Shown: in pieces, positions 8,967 through 19,003 of the stretch
How positions within the stretch are numbered: the first letter of the stretch is position 1
How the letters are laid out: each line of letters opens with the position of its first letter
NCBI GenBank assembly: GCA_021799965.1
Contig: JAJYZL010000001.1
Coordinates: 1-24,062 of the forward strand
Direction of reading: 5' to 3'
DNA from: a bacterium
GTDB lineage: Bacteria > Patescibacteriota > Minisyncoccia > UBA6257 > 02-FULL-45-10c
DNA: 24,062 nt
The notes under the pieces: generated by a model
Databases searched by the model: none
Told to the model about the DNA's origin: nothing
What the model saw: only the letters and a program-made list of their open reading frames with translations
Translations under genes and position numbers: made by a program

Positions 8967-9794
8967 CTACTTTAGGCCGAACACACGGATTGAATTTTTA
9001 TAAATATCTTCCGTAGCTATCGCCAAATCAATCCCTTTTAATTCGGCTAATTTATTAACAACCTCAACAACATAAGCTGGCTCATTTCTTTTTCCGCGGC
9101 GGCTTTGTGGGGCTACGTAGGGACAGTCTGTTTCAGAAAAAATCCTATCTAAGGGTAAATATTTTATAATTTCATCGTAGCTCCTGGCAAAAGTTATAAC
9201 GCCTCCAAAAGTAAAATAAAATCCCAATTTTGCTAATTTTTTGGCCATATCCAAAGAGCCGGCATAAAAATGCATTATTTTGGGTAAGGCATCAAAACTT
9301 TTATCTCGTAATATTTCCAAGGCATATTCATAAGCATCGTCCGTTCCCTTGCTTGGCCTGCAATGCATCATCAATGGTTTATTCAAATCTCTTGCTAATT
9401 CAGCCTGCTCAACAAAAGCATTCCTTTGAAGCCCTGCGTCGTTACCCTCAGAAAACAGATCAAAACCGCACTCGCTTATAGAAACAACTTTTGGATCCCT
9501 GGCTAATTCCTTTAAAATTTTTATATCAAAAATCTCAGGTTCTGATGCATACTGCTCTTTTTCATCATGATGCCATTTTTTCGAAAGATGATTGGGATGA
9601 AAACCAACGGTCGCCCAAATATCATCCGGAAATTGATGAGCGATTTCTATAGCTTTTTTTGAAGTGGCGGCTTGCGTGCCAACAGCTATCATTTTTACTC
9701 CGGCATCTTTCGCGCGCTTAATAACCACTTCTCTATCAGTATCAAAATCCGGAAATTGTATGTGTCCGTGCACATCTATTGCTTTCATATTCAT
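8967..9794 (-). CDS. tatD: TatD family deoxyribonuclease
   Basis: DVHGH, GFHP, SECGFD, MHCR, MHFY, SETDCPY metal-binding motifs. The ATG directly follows the metG TAA. Confidence 0.93.
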   Translation of the reverse strand: MNMKAIDVHGHIQFPDFDTDREVVIKRAKDAGVKMIAVGTQAATSKKAIEIAHQFPDDIWATVGFHPNHLSKKWHHDEKEQYASEPEIFDIKILKELARDPKVVSISECGFDLFSEGNDAGLQRNAFVEQAELARDLNKPLMMHCRPSKGTDDAYEYALEILRDKSFDALPKIMHFYAGSLDMAKKLAKLGFYFTFGGVITFARSYDEIIKYLPLDRIFSETDCPYVAPQSRRGKRNEPAYVVEVVNKLAELKGIDLAIATEDIYKNSIRVFGLK

Positions 9795-11246
9795 TTATTG
9801 TAAGCGAGGAAAAAGATTATCTATTTTTTTAGCAATAAACTCGCCTTCTTTTATTTCAATGGCTTCAGATATTTTCTTTGCCGTCTCCGGTAAAAACGGA
9901 ACAAGCAGCTCGCTGATGGTTTTTAACATAAAAACCAAGTCATATATTACCTCCTTTCTCTTGGCTTCCGGCAAATCTTTGCTCCACGGCTTAGTTAAAT
10001 TTAAATACCCATCGCCGTAATGAATCAAATTCCAAATCTCATTTAAAGCTACATCAAACTTAAAATTTTCTGTATTTTTATTTGTTAAATTAATAAAATT
10101 TTCTATATCTTTTTTGGATTTTCCGGATAACCCGCCCTCTTTTGACGCCAACGTTAAAACTCTGGCCGCAAAATTACCCAAACCGTTTGCCAGATCGCCA
10201 TTATATCTTTCCTCAAACTTTTCATAAGAAAAGTCTCCGTCTCCCGAAGAAGAAATTTCCCTGAGAAGATAATACCTTACGGGATCAATGCCGTATTTTT
10301 TTATCAATTCGTACGGATCAATAATATTGCCCAAAGATTTAGACATTTTTTCTCCTCCGGAGGTGATAAAGCCGTGAATAAAAATATTTTTAGGCAAAGA
10401 AAGCTTAGCAGAAATGAGCATCGCCGGCCATAGAGCGGCGTGAAAACGCGATATATCTTTTCCAATCATATGTACATCTGACGGATGTTCCTCCCACTTT
10501 TCAATTCCGCCATATCCACTGATATAATTTGTCAGGGCATCGGCCCAAACATACATTACCTGACTATCGTCATCAGGAACCGGAATTCCCCACTTCAAAT
10601 GTTTTTTGGAACGGGAAAAACTTACGTCTTCAAATCCCTCTCTCGCCAAGGCTAAAATTTCGTTTTTACGCGTCTCCGGAACAATCTTTAATTTATCTTT
10701 TTTGATCAATGATTCAACCTCCTTGGTATATTTTGAAAGCCTAAAAAACCAATTCTCCTCTTCAATAAATTCCAAATCTTTTTTATGGGTAATGCATTTA
10801 CCATCAACAATATCTCTCCCTGTTTTAAAAGCTTCGCATCCGACACAATAATAGCCACTATATTTTTTCTTATACAAGTCTCCTGAAGCCAAAATCCTTA
10901 GCCACACGGCTTGAGCCACCGGCCAATGATTTTTTTTATCGGTTGTACGGATAAAATTATTCCAAGACAAATCTAAAAGAGGCTTTAGTCCTTTGAATTT
11001 TTCGCTTAGTCCGTCAACAAATTCTTGTGGACTTTTTTTAGAAACCTCTGCGGCTCGCTGTATCTTTGAACCGTGCTCATCAGTGCCCGTCTGAAAGAAA
11101 ACATCCCGGCCTCGCTGACGATAATATCTTGCCAAAACATCGGCCTGAATCAATTCTAAAGCATAGCCAATATGCGGCTCGGAATTAACATAAGCGATGG
11201 AGGTTGTAATATAAAATTTTTTATCTTTCTTCCAAAAGTTAAGCAT
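9795..11246 (-). CDS. metG: Methionine--tRNA ligase (short form, no C-terminal tRNA-binding domain)
   Basis: YITTSIAYVN-PHIGY, TGTDEHGSKI, CVGC/CITH knuckle, YVWADAL, GKDI, KMSKS. Confidence 0.97.
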   Translation of the reverse strand: MLNFWKKDKKFYITTSIAYVNSEPHIGYALELIQADVLARYYRQRGRDVFFQTGTDEHGSKIQRAAEVSKKSPQEFVDGLSEKFKGLKPLLDLSWNNFIRTTDKKNHWPVAQAVWLRILASGDLYKKKYSGYYCVGCEAFKTGRDIVDGKCITHKKDLEFIEEENWFFRLSKYTKEVESLIKKDKLKIVPETRKNEILALAREGFEDVSFSRSKKHLKWGIPVPDDDSQVMYVWADALTNYISGYGGIEKWEEHPSDVHMIGKDISRFHAALWPAMLISAKLSLPKNIFIHGFITSGGEKMSKSLGNIIDPYELIKKYGIDPVRYYLLREISSSGDGDFSYEKFEERYNGDLANGLGNFAARVLTLASKEGGLSGKSKKDIENFINLTNKNTENFKFDVALNEIWNLIHYGDGYLNLTKPWSKDLPEAKRKEVIYDLVFMLKTISELLVPFLPETAKKISEAIEIKEGEFIAKKIDNLFPRLQ

Positions 11247-11248
11247 TG

Positions 11249-12289
11249 TTAAACATTCTCAATCTGCATCTGACGCTTCATTTTTGCCTCAGACCAATGA
11301 TTAATGACCTCTTGCACTAACACAGCTCCCGGCACTGCTAAAATCAAGCCAACCAGGCCAGCCAGCTGAGCGCCTGCCAATATTGCTATCAATATTACGG
11401 CCGGATTTAAGCTGGTCGTAAGACGCATAAACGTCGGAGTTAAAAGATATCCCTCTACCTTTGAAATTACTACAAAAAAGATAAGAACATAAATAGCTAT
11501 CGTCTGTGATTGAGAAAGAGCCACTAAAACCGCTATCGCGCCGCTTATTATCGGCCCCACATAATGAACCAATTCCAAAACCGCGGCTAATATCGCTAAA
11601 ACCAACGCATACTCCACGCCAATAAGCCATAAACCGATATATACAATGAAACCAATACTCAAGCTTAAAAATATTTGACCTTCCAACCACTTGCCAATCT
11701 TATGCCTTGTTCTGAAATACACACTTAAAATTTGTTCTTCGTAGCTGGGCGGCAAGATAGCTCGCAAAAGCTTCTCTACCCCATCCCTATCTACTGATAA
11801 ATAGAAAGATAATACAAATGCGGAAATAGCCAAAGCAATTCCACCCAAAAACTTTGAAAGAGTATCAAAAAGAGAGGCGCTGCCGCTGAACAAAACACTC
11901 GCTAATCTGCCGATGCTTTCAGTAAACGCGTTGGCGATATCAGCTATCCTTTGCAAGCCCAAAACCGGAGTATTGGTTTTTGATAACACATCAATGAACA
12001 CATTGAGCTCGGTAAGCGCCACGGGTACTATGATATAAAGCAGAACTGCCACCAAAACTATCAAAAATATAAATATAAGCAAAGTGCTTAAAACTCTGGG
12101 AATGCGTTTTTTCTCAGCCCATGATATAACCGGATCCAAAGCAGAAGAAATTACGATAGAAATAAGCACCGCCGAAGCAATTTCTTTGGCCAGAAAAAGA
12201 AAATAAATAAAAGCAGCCACAAAAACAGCCCGCCACATAGATGACCAGCTGATCTCTAATTGAATTTTTCCTTTTTTCTCTAAGTCCAT
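11249..12289 (-). CDS. AI-2E family transporter (PerM-like permease)
   Basis: About 8 hydrophobic segments and family motifs (KIGKWLEGQIFL, YVGPII, VEGYLLTP, GLILAVP). ATG at 12289 preferred over the TTG at 12331. Confidence 0.88.
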   Translation of the reverse strand: MDLEKKGKIQLEISWSSMWRAVFVAAFIYFLFLAKEIASAVLISIVISSALDPVISWAEKKRIPRVLSTLLIFIFLIVLVAVLLYIIVPVALTELNVFIDVLSKTNTPVLGLQRIADIANAFTESIGRLASVLFSGSASLFDTLSKFLGGIALAISAFVLSFYLSVDRDGVEKLLRAILPPSYEEQILSVYFRTRHKIGKWLEGQIFLSLSIGFIVYIGLWLIGVEYALVLAILAAVLELVHYVGPIISGAIAVLVALSQSQTIAIYVLIFFVVISKVEGYLLTPTFMRLTTSLNPAVILIAILAGAQLAGLVGLILAVPGAVLVQEVINHWSEAKMKRQMQIENV

Positions 12290-12350
12290 GCTTATTAAAA
12301 CGATTTGAATGCCAAAATAGTTTCCCGGCAACAGTCAAATCCTTATCAGA

Positions 12351-13619
12351 TTAGCTCAGTTTGAGAAGTTCTTCAAATTCAGAGCCATTTTCAAATGGAC
12401 CAATTATAGCCAGATTCAGTTTATCGTTCGTAAAAATTTCCCTAGCTATCGCCCGCACATCAGAAGCTTTCACGGCTTTTATTTTTTTAACAATCTGCTC
12501 CGGAGTCAAAATCTTTTGCTTGAATAATTCCTGCTCTCCATAAAATTCAGCGACCGAATCAGATGTTTCCAGACCAATCATCATTCGGCCGGTAATGTGA
12601 TTTTTTGTTTTCTGCAATTCTTCCTTAGATATCGGCTCGGCTTTAATTTTATTTATCTCCCCTAAAATGGCTTTAATTACTTCTTTAACCCTTCTATTGT
12701 CCACCCCCGCGGACACAGAAACAAAACCATGATCGGTAAGAAGCGAACTGCCGCAATTTATATAATAAGCTGCTCCCATCTCTCCTCTTATTTTTTGGAA
12801 AAGTCTAGAACTCATTCCTCCGCCCAAAATATCGCAAAGCACATCCAGGGCGTACCTTCTTTTATCAAACATATCAAAAGCCCGAAATCCTAAAATTAAA
12901 TGAGTTTGATCAAGTTGCTTTGATTGCAAGACAGCGGCGGGACGACTCTGAGATTCCAAAACTTTTTTCTTGCCCATTCCCTTGCCCCTTTGAACTTCGG
13001 CAAAAGTTTTATTAAGTTTTTTCAGCATCTCTTTTTCCTTAAAAGCGCCGGACACTACCACGGTCGTGGCACTTGGAACATAATGCCTGGCTCTGTAATT
13101 AACTATGTCTTCTTTTTTTATTGCCCTTACCGTCTCCCTAGGTCCAGCAATGTCCCAGCCGGCCGGCTGATCTCCATACAAAAGCTTCATAAATATCTCG
13201 CCGACTTTTTTTTGCGGCAGGTCTTCGTACATATTTATCTCTTCCACGATAACGCCCTTTTCTTTTTCTATTTCTTTTTCATCAAAAAGCGGATTCAAAT
13301 ACATATCGGATATGATATCCAAAGCGCTGTCTATTTTATCAACGCCAACTTTAGCGTAGTATCCGGTATATTCGTGTCCAGTAAAAGCATTATACGCCGC
13401 TCCCAACGATTCTAATTCGGAAGAAATCGCCAAAGCAGTAGGCCTGTTTTTAGTTCCTTTGAAACACATATGCTCCAAAAAATGCGAAACACCATTTATT
13501 TCCTTAGTTTCGTATTTTGAGCCAGCCTCAACAAGAACTAAAAATGTAGTAGCCAAACTTTTTGGCATTGGACACAAAATAATTCTTAATCCGTTTTTAA
13601 GAACGTGTTTTTTGAACAT
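12351..13619 (-). CDS. M16 family (pitrilysin/insulinase-like) zinc peptidase
   Basis: Inverted zinc motif HFLEH, NAFT, EKGVIVEE, LGGGMSSRLFQKIR. Confidence 0.95.
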   Translation of the reverse strand: MFKKHVLKNGLRIILCPMPKSLATTFLVLVEAGSKYETKEINGVSHFLEHMCFKGTKNRPTALAISSELESLGAAYNAFTGHEYTGYYAKVGVDKIDSALDIISDMYLNPLFDEKEIEKEKGVIVEEINMYEDLPQKKVGEIFMKLLYGDQPAGWDIAGPRETVRAIKKEDIVNYRARHYVPSATTVVVSGAFKEKEMLKKLNKTFAEVQRGKGMGKKKVLESQSRPAAVLQSKQLDQTHLILGFRAFDMFDKRRYALDVLCDILGGGMSSRLFQKIRGEMGAAYYINCGSSLLTDHGFVSVSAGVDNRRVKEVIKAILGEINKIKAEPISKEELQKTKNHITGRMMIGLETSDSVAEFYGEQELFKQKILTPEQIVKKIKAVKASDVRAIAREIFTNDKLNLAIIGPFENGSEFEELLKLS

Positions 13620-13623
13620 TAAA

Positions 13624-14937
13624 TTAGCTGTTTAATTTTCCGTTTAAATAATTTTTAAGCTCGGAAATTTTTATACGTTCCTGTTTCATAGTATCTCTGT
13701 CTCGCACCGTCACAGCGTTATCTTCCAGAGAATCAAAGTCCACGGTCACGCAAAATGGCGTACCGATTTCATCTTGGGAATAATACCTCTTGCCAACATT
13801 TCCCCTGTCATCCCATACAGTCATAAGATCTTTGCGCAGATCACTATAAATTTCTTTGGCCTTAGAAACTAACTCCGGTTTATTTTTTAAAAGAGGAAAA
13901 ACAGCTACCTTGTAAGGAGCAAGTTTATATGGCAATTTCAAAACTAACCTTTCCGGATTGGAATCATCATATGCCGCACATAAAACAGCCAAAACTGTTC
14001 TATCAACTCCCCAAGTCGGCTCAATAACATGCGGAATTATTTTTTCATTTGTTTCCGGATCAACATAACTCAGATCTTCACCGCTCGCCTTCGCATGGTT
14101 TTTCAAATCAAAATCAGTGCGATACGCCAAGCCATAAAGCTCTTTAGTACCAAACGGAAATTCGTATTCGAAATCAATGGTTCTCTTGGAATAATGAGCA
14201 AGCTTTTCTTTTTCCACATCAAGCTCGTGAACTTTTTCCGTTTCAATACCAACTTCTTTCATCCATTCCATCATTTCCTTCCTCCACATTTCAAAAACTT
14301 CTTGCCAACCCTCGTCTTTTTTGGGCGGTTTAATAAAATACTCTATTTCCATTTGTTCAAATTCTCTGGTCCTGAAAATAAAGTTACCGGGAGTTATCTC
14401 ATTTCTAAAAGCTTTTCCTATCTGAGCGATTCCAAATGGCAATTTCTTACGAGTTGTCTGTAAAACATTTTTAAAATCAACAAACATCGCTTGAGCCGTT
14501 TCCGGTCTAAAATAAACCACGTTTGCCGCTTCTTCAGCCGGACCAAGAAAAGTTTTTAGCATCAGATTAAACATATGAGCTTCAGTAAAACTTTCTTTAG
14601 CTCCGCAATTAGGACAAGGCTTGGAATTATCAATCTGATCTTCGCGAAAACGGGAATGGCATTTTTTGCATTCCACCAAAGGATCATTAAACGTAGCCAG
14701 GTGACCGGACGCCTCCCATACTTTCGGATTCATAATCAAAGACGCATCTATTCCCACGATATCATCGCGAGACTGCACAAAACGCTTCCACCAAAGTTGC
14801 TTGATATTATTTTTCAATTCAACGCCAACCGGACCGTAATCCCAGGAATTGGCCAAGCCACCGTAAATTTCACTGCCGGGAAATATAAATCCCCTTCTTT
14901 TGCACAGTGAAATTATTTTGTCCATTTTTGATTCCAT
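13624..14937 (-). CDS. glyQS: Glycine--tRNA ligase (alpha2 homodimer type)
   Basis: KRRGFIFPGSEIYGG, RPETAQ, GIAQIGKAFRNEITP, FRTREFEQMEIEYF, VIEP, anticodon-binding domain. Start at ATG 14937 (or 14925). Confidence 0.97.
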   Translation of the reverse strand: MESKMDKIISLCKRRGFIFPGSEIYGGLANSWDYGPVGVELKNNIKQLWWKRFVQSRDDIVGIDASLIMNPKVWEASGHLATFNDPLVECKKCHSRFREDQIDNSKPCPNCGAKESFTEAHMFNLMLKTFLGPAEEAANVVYFRPETAQAMFVDFKNVLQTTRKKLPFGIAQIGKAFRNEITPGNFIFRTREFEQMEIEYFIKPPKKDEGWQEVFEMWRKEMMEWMKEVGIETEKVHELDVEKEKLAHYSKRTIDFEYEFPFGTKELYGLAYRTDFDLKNHAKASGEDLSYVDPETNEKIIPHVIEPTWGVDRTVLAVLCAAYDDSNPERLVLKLPYKLAPYKVAVFPLLKNKPELVSKAKEIYSDLRKDLMTVWDDRGNVGKRYYSQDEIGTPFCVTVDFDSLEDNAVTVRDRDTMKQERIKISELKNYLNGKLNS

Positions 14938-15000
14938 ATGTAAAAAGAATAGCAAAAAACAATCCAAAAAACAAAAATAAAATATCAGAAATCAGTCCCT

Positions 15001-15753
15001 CTATTTTCTTGTGATCAGCTCGAACTGCGGATATTTTTTTAATCCCGTTTTAAAAAACAAATATTTTCTAAGCATATTCAAAATTCCAAATCCATACTCC
15101 ACACTTCTTTTAAAACCGATCTGCGATGCCTCCGGAAAATACTTTGTGGAAATAGGAATTTCTTTGATTTTCATTCCTGCGATTTCCATTTGAGCTATTA
15201 TTTCCGAATCAAAAACAAAATCATTAGAATTTAAATTAAGTGGGAGCTGCATTGCTTTTTTACTATATGCTCGAAAACCAGAATGATATTCGCTCAAACT
15301 GCTTCTTAGAATAAAATTTTCTATTTTAGTTAAAAAAATGTTGGCAATAAATTTCCAATAAGGCATACCGCCAGCCAAAGCTTTTTGAGGGTTCTGCATT
15401 CTAGAACCGAAAACCGCATCACATTCACCATTAGCAAGCGGCGTGACTAGTTGCGGAATAAAGGCGGGATCATATTGAAAATCAGGATGCACCATCACGG
15501 CAATATCCGCTCCTAATTTCAATGCTTCCCCGTAACAAGTTTTTTGATTAGCTCCATAACCAAGGTTCTTTGGGTGAACAAATACTTTTAAGCCAATATT
15601 TCGGGCAATTTTGACGGTATCGTCACCGCTGGCATCATCTACCAAAATAATGTCATCACAAATTTCTTTAGGAATGGCGTCTAAAGTTTTTTTGAGAGTT
15701 TTTGAGGCATTATAAGCCGGCAAAACAATTATTACCTTTTTATTATTAACCAC
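15001..15753 (-). CDS. Glycosyltransferase family 2 (polyprenol-phosphate glycosyltransferase-like)
   Basis: IVLPAYN, LVDDASGD, NLGYGANQK, VHPDFQYDP, SGFRAY, FVFDSEI. GTG start. Confidence 0.92.
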   Translation of the reverse strand: MVNNKKVIIVLPAYNASKTLKKTLDAIPKEICDDIILVDDASGDDTVKIARNIGLKVFVHPKNLGYGANQKTCYGEALKLGADIAVMVHPDFQYDPAFIPQLVTPLANGECDAVFGSRMQNPQKALAGGMPYWKFIANIFLTKIENFILRSSLSEYHSGFRAYSKKAMQLPLNLNSNDFVFDSEIIAQMEIAGMKIKEIPISTKYFPEASQIGFKRSVEYGFGILNMLRKYLFFKTGLKKYPQFELITRK

Positions 15754-15797
15754 GAGTTTACTTTTTTAAAAAACCAAAAAATGTTTATGGAAATATT

Positions 15798-17510
15798 TTA
15801 CGGCTGCACCACTCCACCCTGCTGACCAATAGTTGTGTCATCCGGAAGAGCGGTCGTGATCGGAGTCAATTGAGAACTGATCGAATTTGAGGTAAATGCA
15901 TCGGTTGCCGTCATAGTTGTTTCACCTAACAGCGGCATGTAGTTCGCAACTTGAGAAGAAGACGGCGTTGCTTCAATTTGAAAAACCGCTTCAGCCGGAC
16001 TATCTACAAAACCTTTATTTGCCGGAAGACTATCCAGTGTCCATACCATCTCACTGGTAGAAGCTTCATAAACCGGTGGGTTTCCATAATTACTCGTAGC
16101 AACGCCGGTAAATTTAACACCATCATTTAATGGAACTCTTACTTCTATGCCGTTAAAATCCGTAGCAAAGCTCTTTAGTGCCCAATGGATAGTGAAGTCT
16201 GTAGGCTGCCCCACTTTTGGAGGCATATTGCCATTATTCAAAATGCCGGAATTTGCATCCCTGAAATAAGCCGCTGATGTTAAAGATATTTTTCCGGATA
16301 CCTTTGAATCAAAATTAATTACATTGTATGTCGAAGTTGTACTAGCACTCAAAAAATCGGGAACAGTCGGCGATTCAATTTCAACTTTAACGCTTAAATC
16401 AAAATTTTTATCGCCCAATCTTGTGATTGGATAGCTATTGCTTGTTTTTATATTAAACGAAACAACTCCCGCACTTTTCGGCGCAATATAGCCAAGTCCG
16501 GACGTATTTCCAGAATTCCACGTTAGAGTATTATTTGAGCTATTAAAATTTGCATTAGTATTTAAAGAACTAAAGTCAAAAAGCTCGCCTTGAAGTTGCG
16601 CCTTTAGAATGGCGCGTTTCAAAGCAATGTCGGTATTATTTATATAGCTGATCACTTAATTTAAATTATCTCCGGTTGTAGCCGCATAATCTGGCTTATC
16701 ATTTAAAACAACGGCTAGAGAAAGCGGAGACGGAGAAATGGTAATGGCCGTATCGTTCAAATTCATGGAATATTGCTTCTCGTTCCAAGTCATTTGTAAT
16801 TCTGATTTAAAAATAACTTGTGAATTATCCGGCCCAACCGCGCTACCCTTGATAGTAAAATGACCGTCAGAACCGCTTCTCAGATCACCCAAAATCCATA
16901 CATTATTTCCGCTGTCTGGTTTAGAATCAGAACTCTCAAAAGTAAAACTTGGAGGATAATTAATAGTCAGCTGCAATCCAGAAAAATCAACATCGGAATT
17001 ATTTTTATAATTCACATCAATATTAAATTCTTGGCCATTAACAATCTTATCAGGAGTTTTAAGCTCTATATCAATACCGCTATTTAAAATATTAATGGAT
17101 CGCTCCATGCTCTGCTCATACTTCACTCCACTTGAAGAATAATAAGAAATTAGCGCTTTTATTTTACTACTGCTTCCAGCGCCCTTTAAAAATACAACCT
17201 GATAATCATGAGAGATTAAGCTGCCCGACCCCAAATCACCCAAACTTTTACTATCCACCAGCTTCTGCTCATCATTTCCGGCAAAAACTGCGCCATCAGG
17301 AAGCGTGACGATAAGAGATACGTTTTTAATTACCGAATTCAATTGATTGCTGAACTCAACTTTAAAATCCACGGGCACGCCCATCATCGCGCTATCCGGC
17401 GCAGACAAGACAACGTCTAGATTCTGATTATTGCCGGTAAAAATATAAAAAATACTTGCGCCAATAATCAAGACTAATATTAAGATCAATAATTTATAAA
17501 AATTGCTCAT
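15798..17510 (-). pseudogene. Membrane-anchored multi-Ig (DUF11-like) surface protein interrupted by an in-frame TAA at 16656-16658
   Basis: ORFs 16656-17510 and 15798-16655 are in the same frame, separated only by TAA. The junction GDNLN*VISYINN matches the repeat pattern GQEFNIDVNYKN / GKEVIYNVSYEN. N-terminal TM helix. Confidence 0.8.
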
Positions 17511-17522
17511 TTTTAAGATAAA

Positions 17523-18014
17523 TTAATTTATATAGCAATCCCTGCAATAAAAAGCGAGATCCCTGATAGAAAAAAAATCAGGGGATCCATTTAAACAATT
17601 ATTACATTTAGCACGAATCGGGTCAAAACCCAAAATTTTCAAAGCCTCATTAAAATCCCCCTCACGAGCCTCTCTGTTTATTAATTCAACTAATAAATTC
17701 CATAAATCCGGCTCCGGCTGACCCTCGGGAGAAATTTCTTTAATAAGTGAAAATATCTTAAAAATTATTTTACTAGGCATGGCTTTTTTTGCAGCTAGCG
17801 CGTCAATAAGCTGCGGGCTGTTTTTATCAACTACTCTGACGGTCACAAAATTAAGAGGCTCGGTATGCGCAGCCAACTTTGAGGTAATTTTTCTTCCACT
17901 GGTAATCTTGGCGCTAATCCTGCCAAAATCTTTTGTAAATAAAAAAGCTTTGGAATCTTGTTCTTTCAAATCGATCTTATCTAAAATTACCGCCTCGGTA
18001 ATATATTCCAGCAT
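17523..18014 (-). CDS. recO: DNA repair protein RecO (short, with C4 zinc finger)
   Basis: N-terminal OB-fold pattern (TEAVIL..IDLKEQD...LFTKDFGRISA...GRKITSKL), C-terminal CNNC...CRDC, located upstream of glyQS. Confidence 0.85.
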   Translation of the reverse strand: MLEYITEAVILDKIDLKEQDSKAFLFTKDFGRISAKITSGRKITSKLAAHTEPLNFVTVRVVDKNSPQLIDALAAKKAMPSKIIFKIFSLIKEISPEGQPEPDLWNLLVELINREAREGDFNEALKILGFDPIRAKCNNCLNGSPDFFSIRDLAFYCRDCYIN

Positions 18015-18022
18015 TGTTAAAC

Positions 18023-18304
18023 TTAGGAAGTTTTTTCTTCCACCTCATCTGCGCCATTCTTAAGTTCTGATATTTGTTCCTCGTCTAATTTTAAAAGCAA
18101 TGCCTGAAATTCACCGACATGAGTTTTTTCTTCCTTGGCTATATCCAACAGCATTTTTTTCATACCGGCATTATCGGTCATCGCTGCCATTTGCTCATAC
18201 AAACTAATAGCGTCATATTCGGCCATGATGCCGGCTCTGCAGATCTCCTTGTTTAACTCTTCTTTTTTTACGTTTTTTAAATCGATTGGTAATAATGAAA
18301 GCAT
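18023..18304 (-). CDS. Ferritin-like protein, encapsulin-associated ferritin (EncFtn)-type
   Basis: AEYDAISLYEQMA and EEKTHVGEF ferroxidase motifs. From recall, closely resembles the Pyrococcus furiosus EncFtn domain. Confidence 0.85.
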   Translation of the reverse strand: MLSLLPIDLKNVKKEELNKEICRAGIMAEYDAISLYEQMAAMTDNAGMKKMLLDIAKEEKTHVGEFQALLLKLDEEQISELKNGADEVEEKTS

Positions 18305-18366
18305 TTTTTTATTTATTATATAAATTATTTTTAGACCTATATTATTATACCTCCAAAATTATTTTT

Positions 18367-18999
18367 TTATAATAACATCTGCCTGCCGCCCAATTTTTGC
18401 GATATCAGTTCCACGACCCGATCTAATTTCTTCGGATCTTCAATATAATTTAAATTATCAACTGAAATATTTAAAATGGCAGCCTTTTTAAAACTCTTTG
18501 CCCAATCTTCATATAAACGATTCAGATCTAAAAGATATTTTTCATCTATTTTTTGTTCAAATTCTCTGCCACGCTTCTTAATTCTTTTTTTGACTGTCGG
18601 CAAAGAAGCTTTCAAATAAATTATCAAGTCAGGAGCCGGCAATAGATTTAAAATAGTCTCATAAAAACTCTGGTAGACATCCCAGTCGCGCTTTTGAATA
18701 AATCCCCTTTCAAAAAGATTTTTGGCAAAGATTTCTGCATCTTCATAAATAGTCCTATCCTGAATAATAATACCCTTCTCTTTGGAGAGAAGGTAATGAT
18801 CTTTAAGACGCTGGCTAAGAAAGAACATTTGAGAATGAAAGGCCCAGCGTTTCATATCTTTATAAAAATCGGCAAGATAGGGATTTTCAGAAACTGGTTC
18901 ATAAACCGGTTTAGCGTGGAATTTTTCGGCCAAAATTTTTGTAAGAGTAGATTTTCCGGCACTTATGTTTCCGGCGATAGCTATAAAAAGATTGTCCAT
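18367..18999 (-). CDS. Deoxynucleoside kinase (dCK/dGK family)
   Basis: P-loop GNISAGKS, WAFHSQMFFL, IQDRTIYED, LIIYLKAS, RGREFE. Real start is ATG 18999; the track's extension to 19140 runs through the tRNA. Confidence 0.93.
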   Translation of the reverse strand: MDNLFIAIAGNISAGKSTLTKILAEKFHAKPVYEPVSENPYLADFYKDMKRWAFHSQMFFLSQRLKDHYLLSKEKGIIIQDRTIYEDAEIFAKNLFERGFIQKRDWDVYQSFYETILNLLPAPDLIIYLKASLPTVKKRIKKRGREFEQKIDEKYLLDLNRLYEDWAKSFKKAAILNISVDNLNYIEDPKKLDRVVELISQKLGGRQMLL

Positions 19000-19003
19000 A
19001 TTG

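Noticed and set aside
6495-15193. Short plus-strand and alternate-frame ORFs over leuS, tatD, metG, AI-2E, M16, glyQS and GT2
   Set aside because: They overlap well-supported genes and show no motifs or initiation signals.
11242-18022. Identical 13-mer GTTTAACAATGCT at the metG (11242-11254) and recO (18010-18022) starts
   Set aside because: A few 13-mer matches are expected by chance in 24 kb of AT-rich DNA, and both include a start codon.
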